Positions 55,850 to 64,000 of a DNA stretch of 64,000 bases are shown here, in pieces. This stretch comes from Mycobacteriales bacterium (lineage in GTDB: Bacteria; Actinomycetota; Actinomycetes; Mycobacteriales; SCTD01). Positions within the stretch are counted from its first letter, which is position 1. Each line of letters begins with the position of its first letter. A program made the position numbers and the translations under genes. The stretch is taken from positions 9,706-73,705 of the forward strand of contig JBBSKF010000001.1 of assembly GCA_038256525.1 (NCBI GenBank). Direction: 5' to 3'. The notes under the pieces were generated by a model. That model was not told the DNA's origin. It did not search any database and saw nothing but the letters and a program-made list of their open reading frames with translations.

Positions 55850-57102
55850 GCGGTCGTCTGCCGCTCTGCCTCACCCTGCTGCTCACCGCGCTCGCGATCG
55901 CCCTCGCGGTGACCGTTCCGTGGACGGTGCTGCCCGGCGCGGACCTGCAGACCGACGCGCTCGCCGACTTCACCCCGGAGCAGCTCGCCCGCGAGGTCGC
56001 CTTCCACCGGGCGCTGCGCCCGACGTCCTACGCCGCCCTCGCCGTCGGGCTGGCCGTCGCGGCCCTGCTCGGGCTGACCCGGGCCGGCGCACGGATCGTC
56101 ACGGCGGTGGCCCGGCCCTTCGGCGGCGGTTGGGTCTGGCAGGTGCTGCTCGGCACGCTGGCCCTGACCGCCCTCGGCCGCCTCGCGACCCTGCCGCTGT
56201 CGGCGCGCAGCGAGCAGGTCCTGCGCGACTACGCCCTGTCGACGCAGACGTGGGGCTCGTGGCTGGTCGACGTCGCCAAGGGGGTCGGGGTCGGGGCCGG
56301 GCTGACCGCGTTGGCGCTGCTGGTGCTGGTCACCCTCGCCCGGGCCGCGCCGCGGACCTGGTGGGCCTGGGGGGCGCTGGCGACCGCGGGCCTGGTGGTG
56401 GCCGGCTCCTTCGCGTACCCGCTCGTGATCGAACCTGTCTTCAACGACGTCAAGCCGCTCCCGCCGGGCGAGCTGCGCGAGGACCTGCTGGCGCTGGCCG
56501 CCCGGGACGGGGTCGCCGTCGACGGGGTGCTGGTCGCGGACGCCTCCCGCCGTACGACCGCACTCAACGCCTACGTCAGCGGCTTCGGCGGCAGCCGGCG
56601 GATCGTGCTCTACGACACGCTGCTCGCCGAGGCCCCGGCACGCGAGGTCGAGGTGATCGTGGCGCACGAGCTCGGCCACGCCGCGCAGCGCGATGTGCTG
56701 GTCGGGACGCTGCTCGGCGCGCTCGGGGCGAGCGCAGCGGTGCTCGCGCTGGCCCTGCTGCTGACGTCCGAGCCGCTGCGCCGGCGCGCCGGTGCCACCG
56801 GCATGGGGGACCCCCGGGTCGTGCCGCTGGTCCTGCTGCTGGTGGCGGTCGCCGGCCTCGCGACCGCGCCCGCAGCCAATCTGGTGTCGCGCCGGATCGA
56901 GGCCCGCGCCGACGTGCACTCGCTCGACCTGACGGCTGACCCGGCGACGTTCGCCGCCTCGCAGCGCCGCCTGGCGCTGACCAACCTGGCCGACCTGGAG
57001 CCGCATCCGCTGGCCTACGCGCTGTTCGCGACCCACCCCGGGGTGACCGAGCGGCTTGCGCTCGCCCGCGACTGGGAACGGCTGCGGGAGCGGTTGCGGT
57101 GA
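55846..57102 (+). CDS. M48 (Ste24/HtpX-like) zinc metallopeptidase
   Basis: Multiple TM helices, IVAHELGHAAQRD and a C-terminal EARAD motif. GTG 55846 overlaps the upstream stop (GTGA). Confidence 0.8.
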   Translation: MSGRLPLCLTLLLTALAIALAVTVPWTVLPGADLQTDALADFTPEQLAREVAFHRALRPTSYAALAVGLAVAALLGLTRAGARIVTAVARPFGGGWVWQVLLGTLALTALGRLATLPLSARSEQVLRDYALSTQTWGSWLVDVAKGVGVGAGLTALALLVLVTLARAAPRTWWAWGALATAGLVVAGSFAYPLVIEPVFNDVKPLPPGELREDLLALAARDGVAVDGVLVADASRRTTALNAYVSGFGGSRRIVLYDTLLAEAPAREVEVIVAHELGHAAQRDVLVGTLLGALGASAAVLALALLLTSEPLRRRAGATGMGDPRVVPLVLLLVAVAGLATAPAANLVSRRIEARADVHSLDLTADPATFAASQRRLALTNLADLEPHPLAYALFATHPGVTERLALARDWERLRERLR

Positions 57103-58211
57103 AGGTCCTCGTGGTCAGCAACGACTTCCCGCCGCGCCCCGGTGGCATCCAGGCCTACGTCCACGCGCTCGCCTCCCGGCTGCCGGCCGGTGAGGTCGTG
57201 GTGTACGCGCCGGCGTGGAAGGGGGCCGCCGCCTTCGACGCGGCGCAGGGCTTCCCCGTCGTCCGCCACCCGACGTCGCTGATGCTGCCGACCCCCGATG
57301 TGCTGCGCCGGGCCCGCACCATCGCGGCCGAGCACGGCTGCGACCGGGTCTGGTTCGGCGCGGCGGCCCCGCTGGGCCTGCTCGCCGGACGGCTCGGCCT
57401 CGAGCGGTCGGTGGCCTCCACACACGGTCACGAGGTCGGTTGGGCGTTGCTGCCCGGCGCCCGGCAGGTGCTGCGCCGGATCGGCGCAGGCGTCGACGTG
57501 GTGACCTACCTCGGCGCCTACACCAGGCAGCGGCTCGCACCGGCGCTCGGGCCGGGCGCCACGCTGGAGCGGCTGCCGAGCGGCGTGGACACCACCGTCT
57601 TCCGGCCCGGGGCGGGCGGCAGTGAGATCCGCAGGCGGTACGCCCTGTCCGACCGCCCGGTGGTCGTCTGCGTCTCCCGGCTGGTCCCGCGCAAGGGCCA
57701 GGACGTGCTCATCCGGGCGCTGCCGGAGATCCGCCGCCGGGTGCCGGGCGCCGCGCTGCTGTGCGTCGGCGGTGGCCCGGACGCCCCCCGCCTGCAGCGG
57801 CTCGCCGCCGAGCACGGGGTGGCCGACGACGTGGTGCTGACCGGCTCGGTGCCGTGGCCGGATCTCCCGGCGCACTACGACGCAGGCAACGTGTTCGCGA
57901 TGCCGTGCCGGACCCGCCGGGGCGGGCTCGAGGTCGAGGGGCTCGGGATCGTCTTTTTGGAGGCCTCGGCGACGGGGCTCCCGGTGGTGGTCGGTCGGTC
58001 CGGAGGCTCACCGGAGGCGGTGCTGGACGGCCGGACGGGCCGGCTCGTCGACGGGCGCTCGGTGGCCACGGTCGCGGCCGCGGTCGCGGAGCTGCTCGCC
58101 GACCCGGACCGCGCTCAGGTCATGGGCGGCGCAGGGCGGACCTGGGTCGAGCGGGACTGGCGCTGGGATGTGCTCGCGAACCGGCTGCGGGACCTCCTAG
58201 CGGGCGACTGA
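57099..58211 (+). CDS. GT4 glycosyltransferase, PimB-like mannosyltransferase
   Basis: MKVLVVSNDFPPRPGGIQ, RLVPRKGQD and EGLGIVFLEASATGLPVV (EX7E region). GTGA overlap with the upstream gene. Confidence 0.85.
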   Translation: MKVLVVSNDFPPRPGGIQAYVHALASRLPAGEVVVYAPAWKGAAAFDAAQGFPVVRHPTSLMLPTPDVLRRARTIAAEHGCDRVWFGAAAPLGLLAGRLGLERSVASTHGHEVGWALLPGARQVLRRIGAGVDVVTYLGAYTRQRLAPALGPGATLERLPSGVDTTVFRPGAGGSEIRRRYALSDRPVVVCVSRLVPRKGQDVLIRALPEIRRRVPGAALLCVGGGPDAPRLQRLAAEHGVADDVVLTGSVPWPDLPAHYDAGNVFAMPCRTRRGGLEVEGLGIVFLEASATGLPVVVGRSGGSPEAVLDGRTGRLVDGRSVATVAAAVAELLADPDRAQVMGGAGRTWVERDWRWDVLANRLRDLLAGD

Positions 58212-60210
58212 TCGACGGTCGCGGCGGGTGCAGCGCCTGGGCGGCGAGGCGCGCTTCGAGCTTGTCGGGAGGCAGCGGTCGCCCGAACAGGAAACCCTGC
58301 GCCCGGTCGCAGCCGAAGCCGATCAGCGCGTCGCGCTGCTCGGCGGTCTCGACGCCCTCGGCGAGCACGCAGATGTCGAGGGTGTGCCCGAGCCGGACCA
58401 CCGCCCAGGCGATCGTGCCGGCGTCGTCCTCCGGGAGCGAGGAGACGAAGGACCGGTCGATCTTGATGATGTCGAACGGCAGGCGCCGCAGCGCGGCGAG
58501 CGAGGAGTAGCCGGTCCCGAAGTCGTCGATGGCCAGGTGGACCCCGTCGCCGCGCAGCTCGGTGAGCATGGCGATGCCGGCGTCGTCGCGCTCCATCAGC
58601 ATGCTCTCGGTCATCTCGAGGCACAGCCCGCCGGCCGCGAGGCCGGTGGTCTCCAGGGCGCCCCGGACCAGCGTGCCGAAGTCGGGCTCGCGAAGCTGCC
58701 GCCCCGAGACGTTCACCGCCATGGAGAAGCCCGTGGACAGCTGCCGCCACTGGGCCGCCTGCCGGCAGGCCTCGCGCAGGACCCACAGGCCGAGCGGCAC
58801 GATCAGTCCGGTCTCCTCGGTGCGCGGAATGAACTCGTCGGGCGGCACCAGGCGCCCGCTCGGATGGCGCCAGCGCACCAGGGCCTCGGCGCCGGTGATC
58901 CGTCCGCTGGCGAGGTCCACCACCGGCTGGTAGGCCAGGAAGAACTCCTCGTTGGCGATGGCGCGGTGCAGCTCCTCGCCGAGGGAGTGCCGTCGGCGGG
59001 CCTCGGCCTGCAGGTGCGGGGTGAACACGACGTACTGACCCTTCCCGGCGTGCTTCGCCGCGTGCATCGCCACGTTGGCGGCCGCGAGGACGTCCTCGGG
59101 CTCGGCGCCGTCCTCCGCCCGGGCCGTGCCGATGCTCACCCCGACGAAGACCTGGTTGGCCGCGAGCTGGAGCGGCACCCCGAGCCGTTGCCGGATGCGG
59201 TCGGCGACCACCTTGGGGTCCGGGCAGTCGTCCAGCACGATGGCGAACTCGTCCCCGCCGAGGCGGGCGACCGTGCTCGGCACCGGCCGGCCCCAGCAGT
59301 CGGTCTGTCGTACCGCTTCCTGCAGGTGGGTCGAGACGGCGGTGAGCACCTCGTCCCCGGCCGAATGCCCTTGGCTGTCGTTGATCGTCTTGAAGTCGTC
59401 GATGTCGAGGTAGAGGACGTCGACGCGGGTGCGATCGTGCCGGCTGCGGTCCATGCTGACGCGCAGACGGTCCATGAGCAGCATCCGGTTGGGCAGCCCT
59501 GTCAGCGCGTCGTAGAGCGCCAGCTGCCGGAGCCGCTCCTCGGCGGCCTCCCGCTCGATGACCCGGGCCAGCTGTGCGGCGACGAAGCCGACCACGCGCA
59601 GCAGGTCCTCATCGGGGGGCCGGATCTCGGTGGCGAAGAACTCGAGCACGGCGGCGGTCTCGCTGCGGATCAGCACCGGGATCCCGAAGCCGGCGCGCAG
59701 GCCGCTGCCGCGGGCGCTCTGCTTGCGGGCGAACTTGTGATGGATGTCGAGATCGGGTGCCCACAGCGGTGCGCCGGTCTGCAGGATGTGGCCGGGCAGG
59801 CCCACCCCGGGCAGGAACAGCATCTCCTCACTGACCGCCCGGAACTCCGCGCAGGTCTGCTCGTCGGCCAGGTGCCACACGCGGGAGGAGGTCAGCGCCT
59901 CCGGCACGATCGTGGAGCGGACGAGCGCGTGCCCGACCGGCCATCCCGTGTAGGCGCAGACGCCGGCCAGCGCCGCGCGAGCGGCCTGCAAGAACGAGGC
60001 GGCCTCGTTCGCATGGGCGGCCACCTCGGTGAGCAGCTCCGCCACCTGGGTCGAGCGGGTCAACTGCTGGACCGTCTCGTAGAGCGCGCTGGTGGCCCGC
60101 TCGGCCACCACCTCGGCCTCGGCCCTGGCGGCGCGTTCGCGGGCGAGGCGGCGCTCGAGGACGTGGACCCGGTCGACGTCACCGGCGCCCACCGCCTCAG
60201 ACGGTGGCAT
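58120..60210 (-). CDS. GAF-GGDEF-EAL c-di-GMP turnover protein
   Basis: GAF-like N-terminal region, RLGGDEFAIV (intact GGDEF), EALVRWRHP, DDFGTGYSSL and KIDRSF (EAL). Its 3' tail overlaps the convergent GT4 gene. Confidence 0.85.
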   Translation of the reverse strand: MPPSEAVGAGDVDRVHVLERRLARERAARAEAEVVAERATSALYETVQQLTRSTQVAELLTEVAAHANEAASFLQAARAALAGVCAYTGWPVGHALVRSTIVPEALTSSRVWHLADEQTCAEFRAVSEEMLFLPGVGLPGHILQTGAPLWAPDLDIHHKFARKQSARGSGLRAGFGIPVLIRSETAAVLEFFATEIRPPDEDLLRVVGFVAAQLARVIEREAAEERLRQLALYDALTGLPNRMLLMDRLRVSMDRSRHDRTRVDVLYLDIDDFKTINDSQGHSAGDEVLTAVSTHLQEAVRQTDCWGRPVPSTVARLGGDEFAIVLDDCPDPKVVADRIRQRLGVPLQLAANQVFVGVSIGTARAEDGAEPEDVLAAANVAMHAAKHAGKGQYVVFTPHLQAEARRRHSLGEELHRAIANEEFFLAYQPVVDLASGRITGAEALVRWRHPSGRLVPPDEFIPRTEETGLIVPLGLWVLREACRQAAQWRQLSTGFSMAVNVSGRQLREPDFGTLVRGALETTGLAAGGLCLEMTESMLMERDDAGIAMLTELRGDGVHLAIDDFGTGYSSLAALRRLPFDIIKIDRSFVSSLPEDDAGTIAWAVVRLGHTLDICVLAEGVETAEQRDALIGFGCDRAQGFLFGRPLPPDKLEARLAAQALHPPRPSISRPLGGPAAGSRAHPSASPARPRSALRRP

Positions 60211-60745
60211 CCGGGAACCGACAGTGCAGCAGGCAGCGGCTCGCCCCGTCGAGCATGCAGGCCGGCCGGGAGATCATCACGGTCTGACCGTAGTGCGTTG
60301 CGGCGCCGTAGACGAAGCCTTCTGCGAGCGCGCACAGCCGCCGCGGGGAGGTGTAGCTCAGCAGCACCTCCGCCTCCGGCGCGGGCTCGAAGCCGAACAC
60401 GGGCGGGGTGGCGCCGGGATAGAGCTTGCGCACCTCAGGATGGATCATGTCGTTGAGTGTCAGCACGAAGGAGCGGGTGCTGGTGTGCGGCGTGAAGAAG
60501 TGCGGATAGCGCTGGGCGAGCAGCGGGATGGCGCCTTCCGCCACGGTGCGCAGGACCGCGCCCCGGTCGACGCCGAGCAGCGTCGCGGCGCTGGCCGTCA
60601 CGCGCTCCAGGTGCTCGTCGGGGTAGCTGCCCAGAGACGTCCAGCTGCCGTCCAGCCCGGCCTTGACCAGGATCGCGTCCCACGCGTCCTCGCCATGGTC
60701 GCGCCGCACGACCTCCTCGGCGAGGTTGAAGATGATGCCCTTCAC
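60197..60745 (-). CDS. H-NOX (heme NO/O2-binding) domain protein
   Basis: MKGIIFNLAEEVV start, a proximal-His candidate in MIHPEV and the YTSPR (YxSxR) heme-propionate motif. It overlaps the start of the GGDEF-EAL gene by 14 nt. Confidence 0.8.
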   Translation of the reverse strand: MKGIIFNLAEEVVRRDHGEDAWDAILVKAGLDGSWTSLGSYPDEHLERVTASAATLLGVDRGAVLRTVAEGAIPLLAQRYPHFFTPHTSTRSFVLTLNDMIHPEVRKLYPGATPPVFGFEPAPEAEVLLSYTSPRRLCALAEGFVYGAATHYGQTVMISRPACMLDGASRCLLHCRFPDATV

Positions 60746-60758
60746 GCCGGGCCCGCGC

Positions 60759-61049
60759 TCAGCTGAGGGCGACGCGGGCGACGCCGGCGAGCAGGGTCAG
60801 CCCGGCGACGCCCGCCAGCAGCACCTCCGCGCGCTCGGTCGAGAGGGGGGCGCGTGCGGCCGGGTCGACCCAGACGACGTCGCAGTCGGGTCGGATCAGC
60901 GCTCGGCGCAGCTCGGTGCCGCTCGGGTCGTAGACGTAGGAGAAGGGGCTGTGCGTCGCGGTCGTCACAGGGTCAGCATCTGCGGATCCGTGGCCGGGCG
61001 CCATGGCCCGGAAGGACCAGATGCGCGTCATGCTGCCCACTCGCGACAT
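60759..61049 (-). CDS. 96-aa hypothetical protein with a C-terminal TM helix
   Basis: GC3-rich frame from ATG 61049, 2 nt after the M15 stop. The C-terminus is VLLAGVAGLTLLAGVARVAL. Confidence 0.5.
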   Translation of the reverse strand: MSRVGSMTRIWSFRAMAPGHGSADADPVTTATHSPFSYVYDPSGTELRRALIRPDCDVVWVDPAARAPLSTERAEVLLAGVAGLTLLAGVARVALS

Positions 61050-61051
61050 GG

Positions 61052-62284
61052 TCAGCCGGCGAACTCCCAGTGCCACGGCTCGGGCTTCGAGCCGTTCTGC
61101 TGCGCCCAGGCCGGCAGGAACCAGCCATAGAGCATCGAGTTGTCGACCATCCACTCGTGCGTCGGGCTGCCGAAGGCCTGGATCCCGTCGCAGAGGTCGG
61201 TCGCCACGCCCCAGCCGTGGTTGCTGCTGCCGGGACGGGCCGCGAGGTCCGGCTTCGCCGCGGCGACGGCCACCTGCTCGTCGTAGTTGCGGTAGGAGTC
61301 GGTGACGCAGATCGGCGCGCCGAACTCTTGCGCGTAGGCCCGGCTCATGTCGTTGAACGCCGCGGCGGCATCGGCCCGCAGGATCTGGCTGCGGGTGCCC
61401 CACAGCGGGCACAGGGCCTCGGGCGGAATCATCCCGTTGGGGTAGCCGCGGGTGTCCCGACCCTGGCAGGCGGCGAAGGGGCGGGGGACGAAGGCTCCGT
61501 CGATCGCCGCGTCCGGTGCCTCAGCGCGCTGCCGGGCAATGAGCTCGGCCGCGGCCAACAGGGCTGCCCGGCGCTTCTCCTGGGCCAAGGCGGCCGCCGC
61601 GGCGGCCTGGGTGCGCAACAGGGCGATCGTCCGGGCTGCGACCTGGTCGGCCTGCTGGGCGACGACCCGGTCGGCGGCGAGCTTGGCGTCGGCGGCAAGG
61701 GTCTCGGCGGCCTTTCGGGCCTGGTCGGCCGCGGCGGCCTCGGCGGCGGCGATCTCCTGAGCCGCCTCGGCCACGCCGAGTTCGTTGAGCGCGTTGCTCT
61801 GGTTGCCACCGACCCGCTGGGCCAGGCCCAAACCGCTGAACAGCTCACGTGGGTTCTCCGCGTCCAGCACGGAGGAGTAGAGCGAGAGCTGGCGGTTGCC
61901 CATGCCGGTGCGGTACATCGAGCCGATGTAGCCGGCCAGCCTCGCCCGAGCATCGACGGTGGCCTGTTTGGCCGCCGCATGCCGCTGCGCCTGCTCGGTG
62001 GCCACCCGGGCCGCCTCCTCCGCCTGTCGCTGGGCGAGCTGGTAGGCCTCGAGCGTCTCCCTCGCCGTGCGGGAGGCCGCGGCCAGATCGGCTTCCTGCT
62101 CGGCGAGCAGGGCCTGCTGCCGCTCCACCTGCAGGTTGAGCTCGGCGGACGACGGACCGGACGGGCTCGGGCCGCTGCTGGGGGTCGCGCTGGGCCGCGG
62201 GGAGGGCGCGAGAGCGACCGCGGGGGCGGGCATCAGCACAGCGGACAGAGCCAGCGCCGTCACGGCGGCAGGCAGGCGCAGCAT
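61052..62284 (-). CDS. Secreted M15B (VanY-like) D-alanyl-D-alanine carboxypeptidase with an N-terminal coiled coil
   Basis: Signal peptide, a long Ala/Gln/Glu-rich coiled coil, then CVTDSYRNYDEQ and SSNHGWGVATD zinc-ligand motifs. Confidence 0.8.
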   Translation of the reverse strand: MLRLPAAVTALALSAVLMPAPAVALAPSPRPSATPSSGPSPSGPSSAELNLQVERQQALLAEQEADLAAASRTARETLEAYQLAQRQAEEAARVATEQAQRHAAAKQATVDARARLAGYIGSMYRTGMGNRQLSLYSSVLDAENPRELFSGLGLAQRVGGNQSNALNELGVAEAAQEIAAAEAAAADQARKAAETLAADAKLAADRVVAQQADQVAARTIALLRTQAAAAAALAQEKRRAALLAAAELIARQRAEAPDAAIDGAFVPRPFAACQGRDTRGYPNGMIPPEALCPLWGTRSQILRADAAAAFNDMSRAYAQEFGAPICVTDSYRNYDEQVAVAAAKPDLAARPGSSNHGWGVATDLCDGIQAFGSPTHEWMVDNSMLYGWFLPAWAQQNGSKPEPWHWEFAG

Positions 62285-62460
62285 GGAGGCAATCTCGGTT
62301 TCGTCGATTCGTGCCGGGTGTTCTCAGACGATCCAGGACCAACCTGAGTGTTGGCTGAGGGTTTCCTGAAGACCGGCTGAACGTTGGCGGGACGAGTCGT
62401 GCTGTCATCACCATCGGTTGATGGTTTCGCCTTCGGCTGGAAGGACGATAAGCGTTAGCG

Positions 62461-62871
62461 ATGGCAACGGCAATTCTACGATCGCTGCACGTGACGCCTG
62501 ACGCCGCTTCGATCTCAGCGGTGCGGGACTTCGTGCGGGAGTGCTGTGCCGACTGGGGGGTGTCGGAGAGCAGCGACACGGCGGTCCTGCTCGCCAGCGA
62601 GCTCGCAACCAACGCGGTCCGCTACGCCTCCACGCCCGTGACCGTGTGGCTCGGCTACCGACCGGACCGCATCGTGCTGAGTGTCGAGGACGCCTCGCAC
62701 GCCTCCGCCACGGTGCGCGCTCCGGGCGTCTTGGACGAGGGCGGCCGGGGACTGCTGCTCGTCGACGCGCTGGCCGAGCGCTGGGGAGAGCGGGAAGTGG
62801 CGAACGGCAAGCTGGTCTGGGCCGAGATCGCGACGCGACGGCCACCCGATTCGGCGCAACCTGGGGCATGA
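62461..62871 (+). CDS. RsbW/SpoIIAB-like anti-sigma-factor serine kinase (HATPase_c_2)
   Basis: LLASELATNAVRYA (N-box) and DEGGRGLLLVDALAERWG (G-box) in a 136-aa protein. Confidence 0.75.
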   Translation: MATAILRSLHVTPDAASISAVRDFVRECCADWGVSESSDTAVLLASELATNAVRYASTPVTVWLGYRPDRIVLSVEDASHASATVRAPGVLDEGGRGLLLVDALAERWGEREVANGKLVWAEIATRRPPDSAQPGA

Positions 62872-62890
62872 TGCCGGAGGGGAGGCTCGA

Positions 62891-63274
62891 ATGCGCAGGT
62901 CACGCGAGGTGAAGGACCCGGATCGCTCGGTGACATCTTGGCTGCCGGAGGTGGACCCGGTCTACCGGGATGCCGTCGATCCCGACCCGCTCGTCGAAGC
63001 GATGGTCGGGCGGCTGCGCAGCTCGTTGTCCGGGCTGATGGCCCTGGACGAGTTCGGCCGGCCGGTCCCCTGGCGCAACGTCGTCCGGATCGCGCTCGGT
63101 CCGACCCTCGGGCAGCTGCGCGACGTCGAGACCAGCCTGGCGCTGATGCAGGAGGTCGGCCAGCGCCCGCCCCACCGCGTCGCCGCCCCGCCGCCAGCAC
63201 CTGCCCCGTCGGCGCCCGCCCTGCAGCAGCCCCCCGCCCCGCCGGCACCGCCCTCCCTGCCCGGTTGGCCATAG
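62891..63274 (+). CDS. Hypothetical protein with a Pro-rich C-terminus
   Basis: GGAGG RBS before ATG 62891, a GC3-rich frame and no recognisable domain. Confidence 0.45.
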   Translation: MRRSREVKDPDRSVTSWLPEVDPVYRDAVDPDPLVEAMVGRLRSSLSGLMALDEFGRPVPWRNVVRIALGPTLGQLRDVETSLALMQEVGQRPPHRVAAPPPAPAPSAPALQQPPAPPAPPSLPGWP

Positions 63275-63358
63275 CGGATCGGCAGGCCGCCGGGTCGCCG
63301 ACTGTCGTTCGACGTGAGGGCGGGGCGGCCGCCTGAGGCAGCATCCGCCCCGCTGCGC

Positions 63359-64000
63359 TCATGGCGGGTCGTGGGTGGCGTGGGTGCAAGTGAGCCAGGG
63401 GACGTGCAGGTCGCGTAGTTGGACTCGTCCCTGGTGCCACAGCACGTGGTGACGGCGGCACAACAGGACGAGGTTGTCGAGGGTGGTCGGGCCGCCGTCT
63501 TTGCGGGCGCGAAGGTGGTGGGCGTCGCAGAAGGCGGGCGGTCGGGTGCAGCCGCGGGCGGCGCAGCCGTGGTCGCGGCCCGCCAAGGCGCGGCGTTGGT
63601 TGTTGGTGACCGTGTCGCCGAGGGCTTCCAGGCCGCGGACCTGACCGAGGGTGTCGAGCAGCACCCGGCTGATCCGGGCGTCGCACAGGATCGTCTCGAT
63701 CCGGCTGCGGGTCTGCGGTCCGGACCAGGCGCCGAGGGCGCACCGGTCCTCGGCGGGCACCGGCATCGGCCTGGCCGGGTCGGCCGGGTCGGTCGCGTCG
63801 GCCGGGTCGGCGGGTTCCGTGGGGTCGGGGGGCAGGCTGGCCTCGACCACGTCGGCCAGGGTTCCGGTCGGGGGTTGTCCCGCGGCCCAGCCGGCGGGCA
63901 TCACGTAGCTGACCTGTGGCCGTTGGCCGCCGGCGTCGGGCAGGTCGGCGAAGCGCAGTCCGAGGTCGAAGATCTCGACCATGGCGTCGGCGCGACGCTG
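63359..64000 (-). CDS. HNH endonuclease, DUF222-type (C-terminal part; 5' end outside window)
   Basis: CAARGCTRPPAFCDAHHLRARKDGGPTTLDNLVLLCRRHHVLWH is an HNH motif. This family is usually over 400 aa, so the true start probably lies beyond 64000, not at the track start of 63982. Confidence 0.75.
   Translation of the reverse strand, partial: QRRADAMVEIFDLGLRFADLPDAGGQRPQVSYVMPAGWAAGQPPTGTLADVVEASLPPDPTEPADPADATDPADPARPMPVPAEDRCALGAWSGPQTRSRIETILCDARISRVLLDTLGQVRGLEALGDTVTNNQRRALAGRDHGCAARGCTRPPAFCDAHHLRARKDGGPTTLDNLVLLCRRHHVLWHQGRVQLRDLHVPWLTCTHATHDPP

Noticed and set aside
58228-60456. 742-aa plus-strand ORF antisense to the GGDEF-EAL and H-NOX genes
   Set aside because: It is a shadow ORF with no motifs, and it spans two real genes on the other strand.
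62285-62460. Possible ydaO (c-di-AMP) riboswitch in the 5' UTR of the M15 cell-wall peptidase gene
   Set aside because: This class often precedes actinobacterial cell-wall hydrolases, and the UTR has lower GC plus a GACAGC...CUCGU stretch. However, I could not find the conserved GGGGACCC, GGGGUGAAUC or ACAGCUAACCUCGUAAGCG blocks. An Rfam scan would settle it.
1-64000. tRNA, rRNA, tmRNA, transposase or integrase genes
   Set aside because: No cloverleaf-like sequence turned up in the intergenic gaps inspected by eye, and no transposase or integrase-like translation appears in the ORF track. tRNAscan-SE or Infernal should confirm this.

Overview
High-GC (third codon positions almost all G/C) actinobacterial chromosome segment with about 65 supportable protein-coding genes. 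I found no rRNA, tRNA, CRISPR array or intact transposase. Most of the window is a conserved core-metabolism and respiration neighbourhood. From memory, gene order resembles the Mycobacterium tuberculosis Rv2188c-Rv2215 region. Core genes include sucB/dlaT, lpdA, pepA, gcvT, glycerate kinase, a HesB/ErpA-type protein and adenosine kinase. They also include ctaC-ctaD-ctaF, qcrCAB, ctaE, a CtaG-like assembly protein, trpD, a DEDD/GIY-YIG exonuclease and a PimB-like glycosyltransferase. Inserted into this backbone are: a complete ergothioneine operon (egtABCDE); nadA flanked by two PhoX/DUF839 phosphatase paralogues; a NicO-type metal transporter divergent from a DUF4331 gene; SepH; and an H-NOX plus GAF-GGDEF-EAL pair downstream of an M15 cell-wall peptidase. 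The most unusual content is a six-gene, translationally coupled minus-strand operon at 26.2-32.4 kb, lying between erpA and the adenosine kinase gene. It encodes a 926-aa helical-repeat protein ending in a DUF4157-like HExxH domain, a signal-less gingipain (C25)-like protein, a dedicated ACP, a complete FabF-like ketosynthase, a truncated Cys-less KS partner, and a 67-aa protein. I cannot match this combination to any described system. Two further non-coding oddities stand out. One is a roughly 130-nt palindromic intergenic element present twice (egtD/egtE and ctaF/qcrB intergenic regions). The other is a composite tandem-repeat and palindrome block with G-quadruplex-type tracts at 51.7-51.9 kb. 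All functional calls rest on motif-level recognition of the supplied translations; no database search was possible. The ORF track translates GTG and TTG starts as M, and several track ORFs were trimmed to downstream starts.
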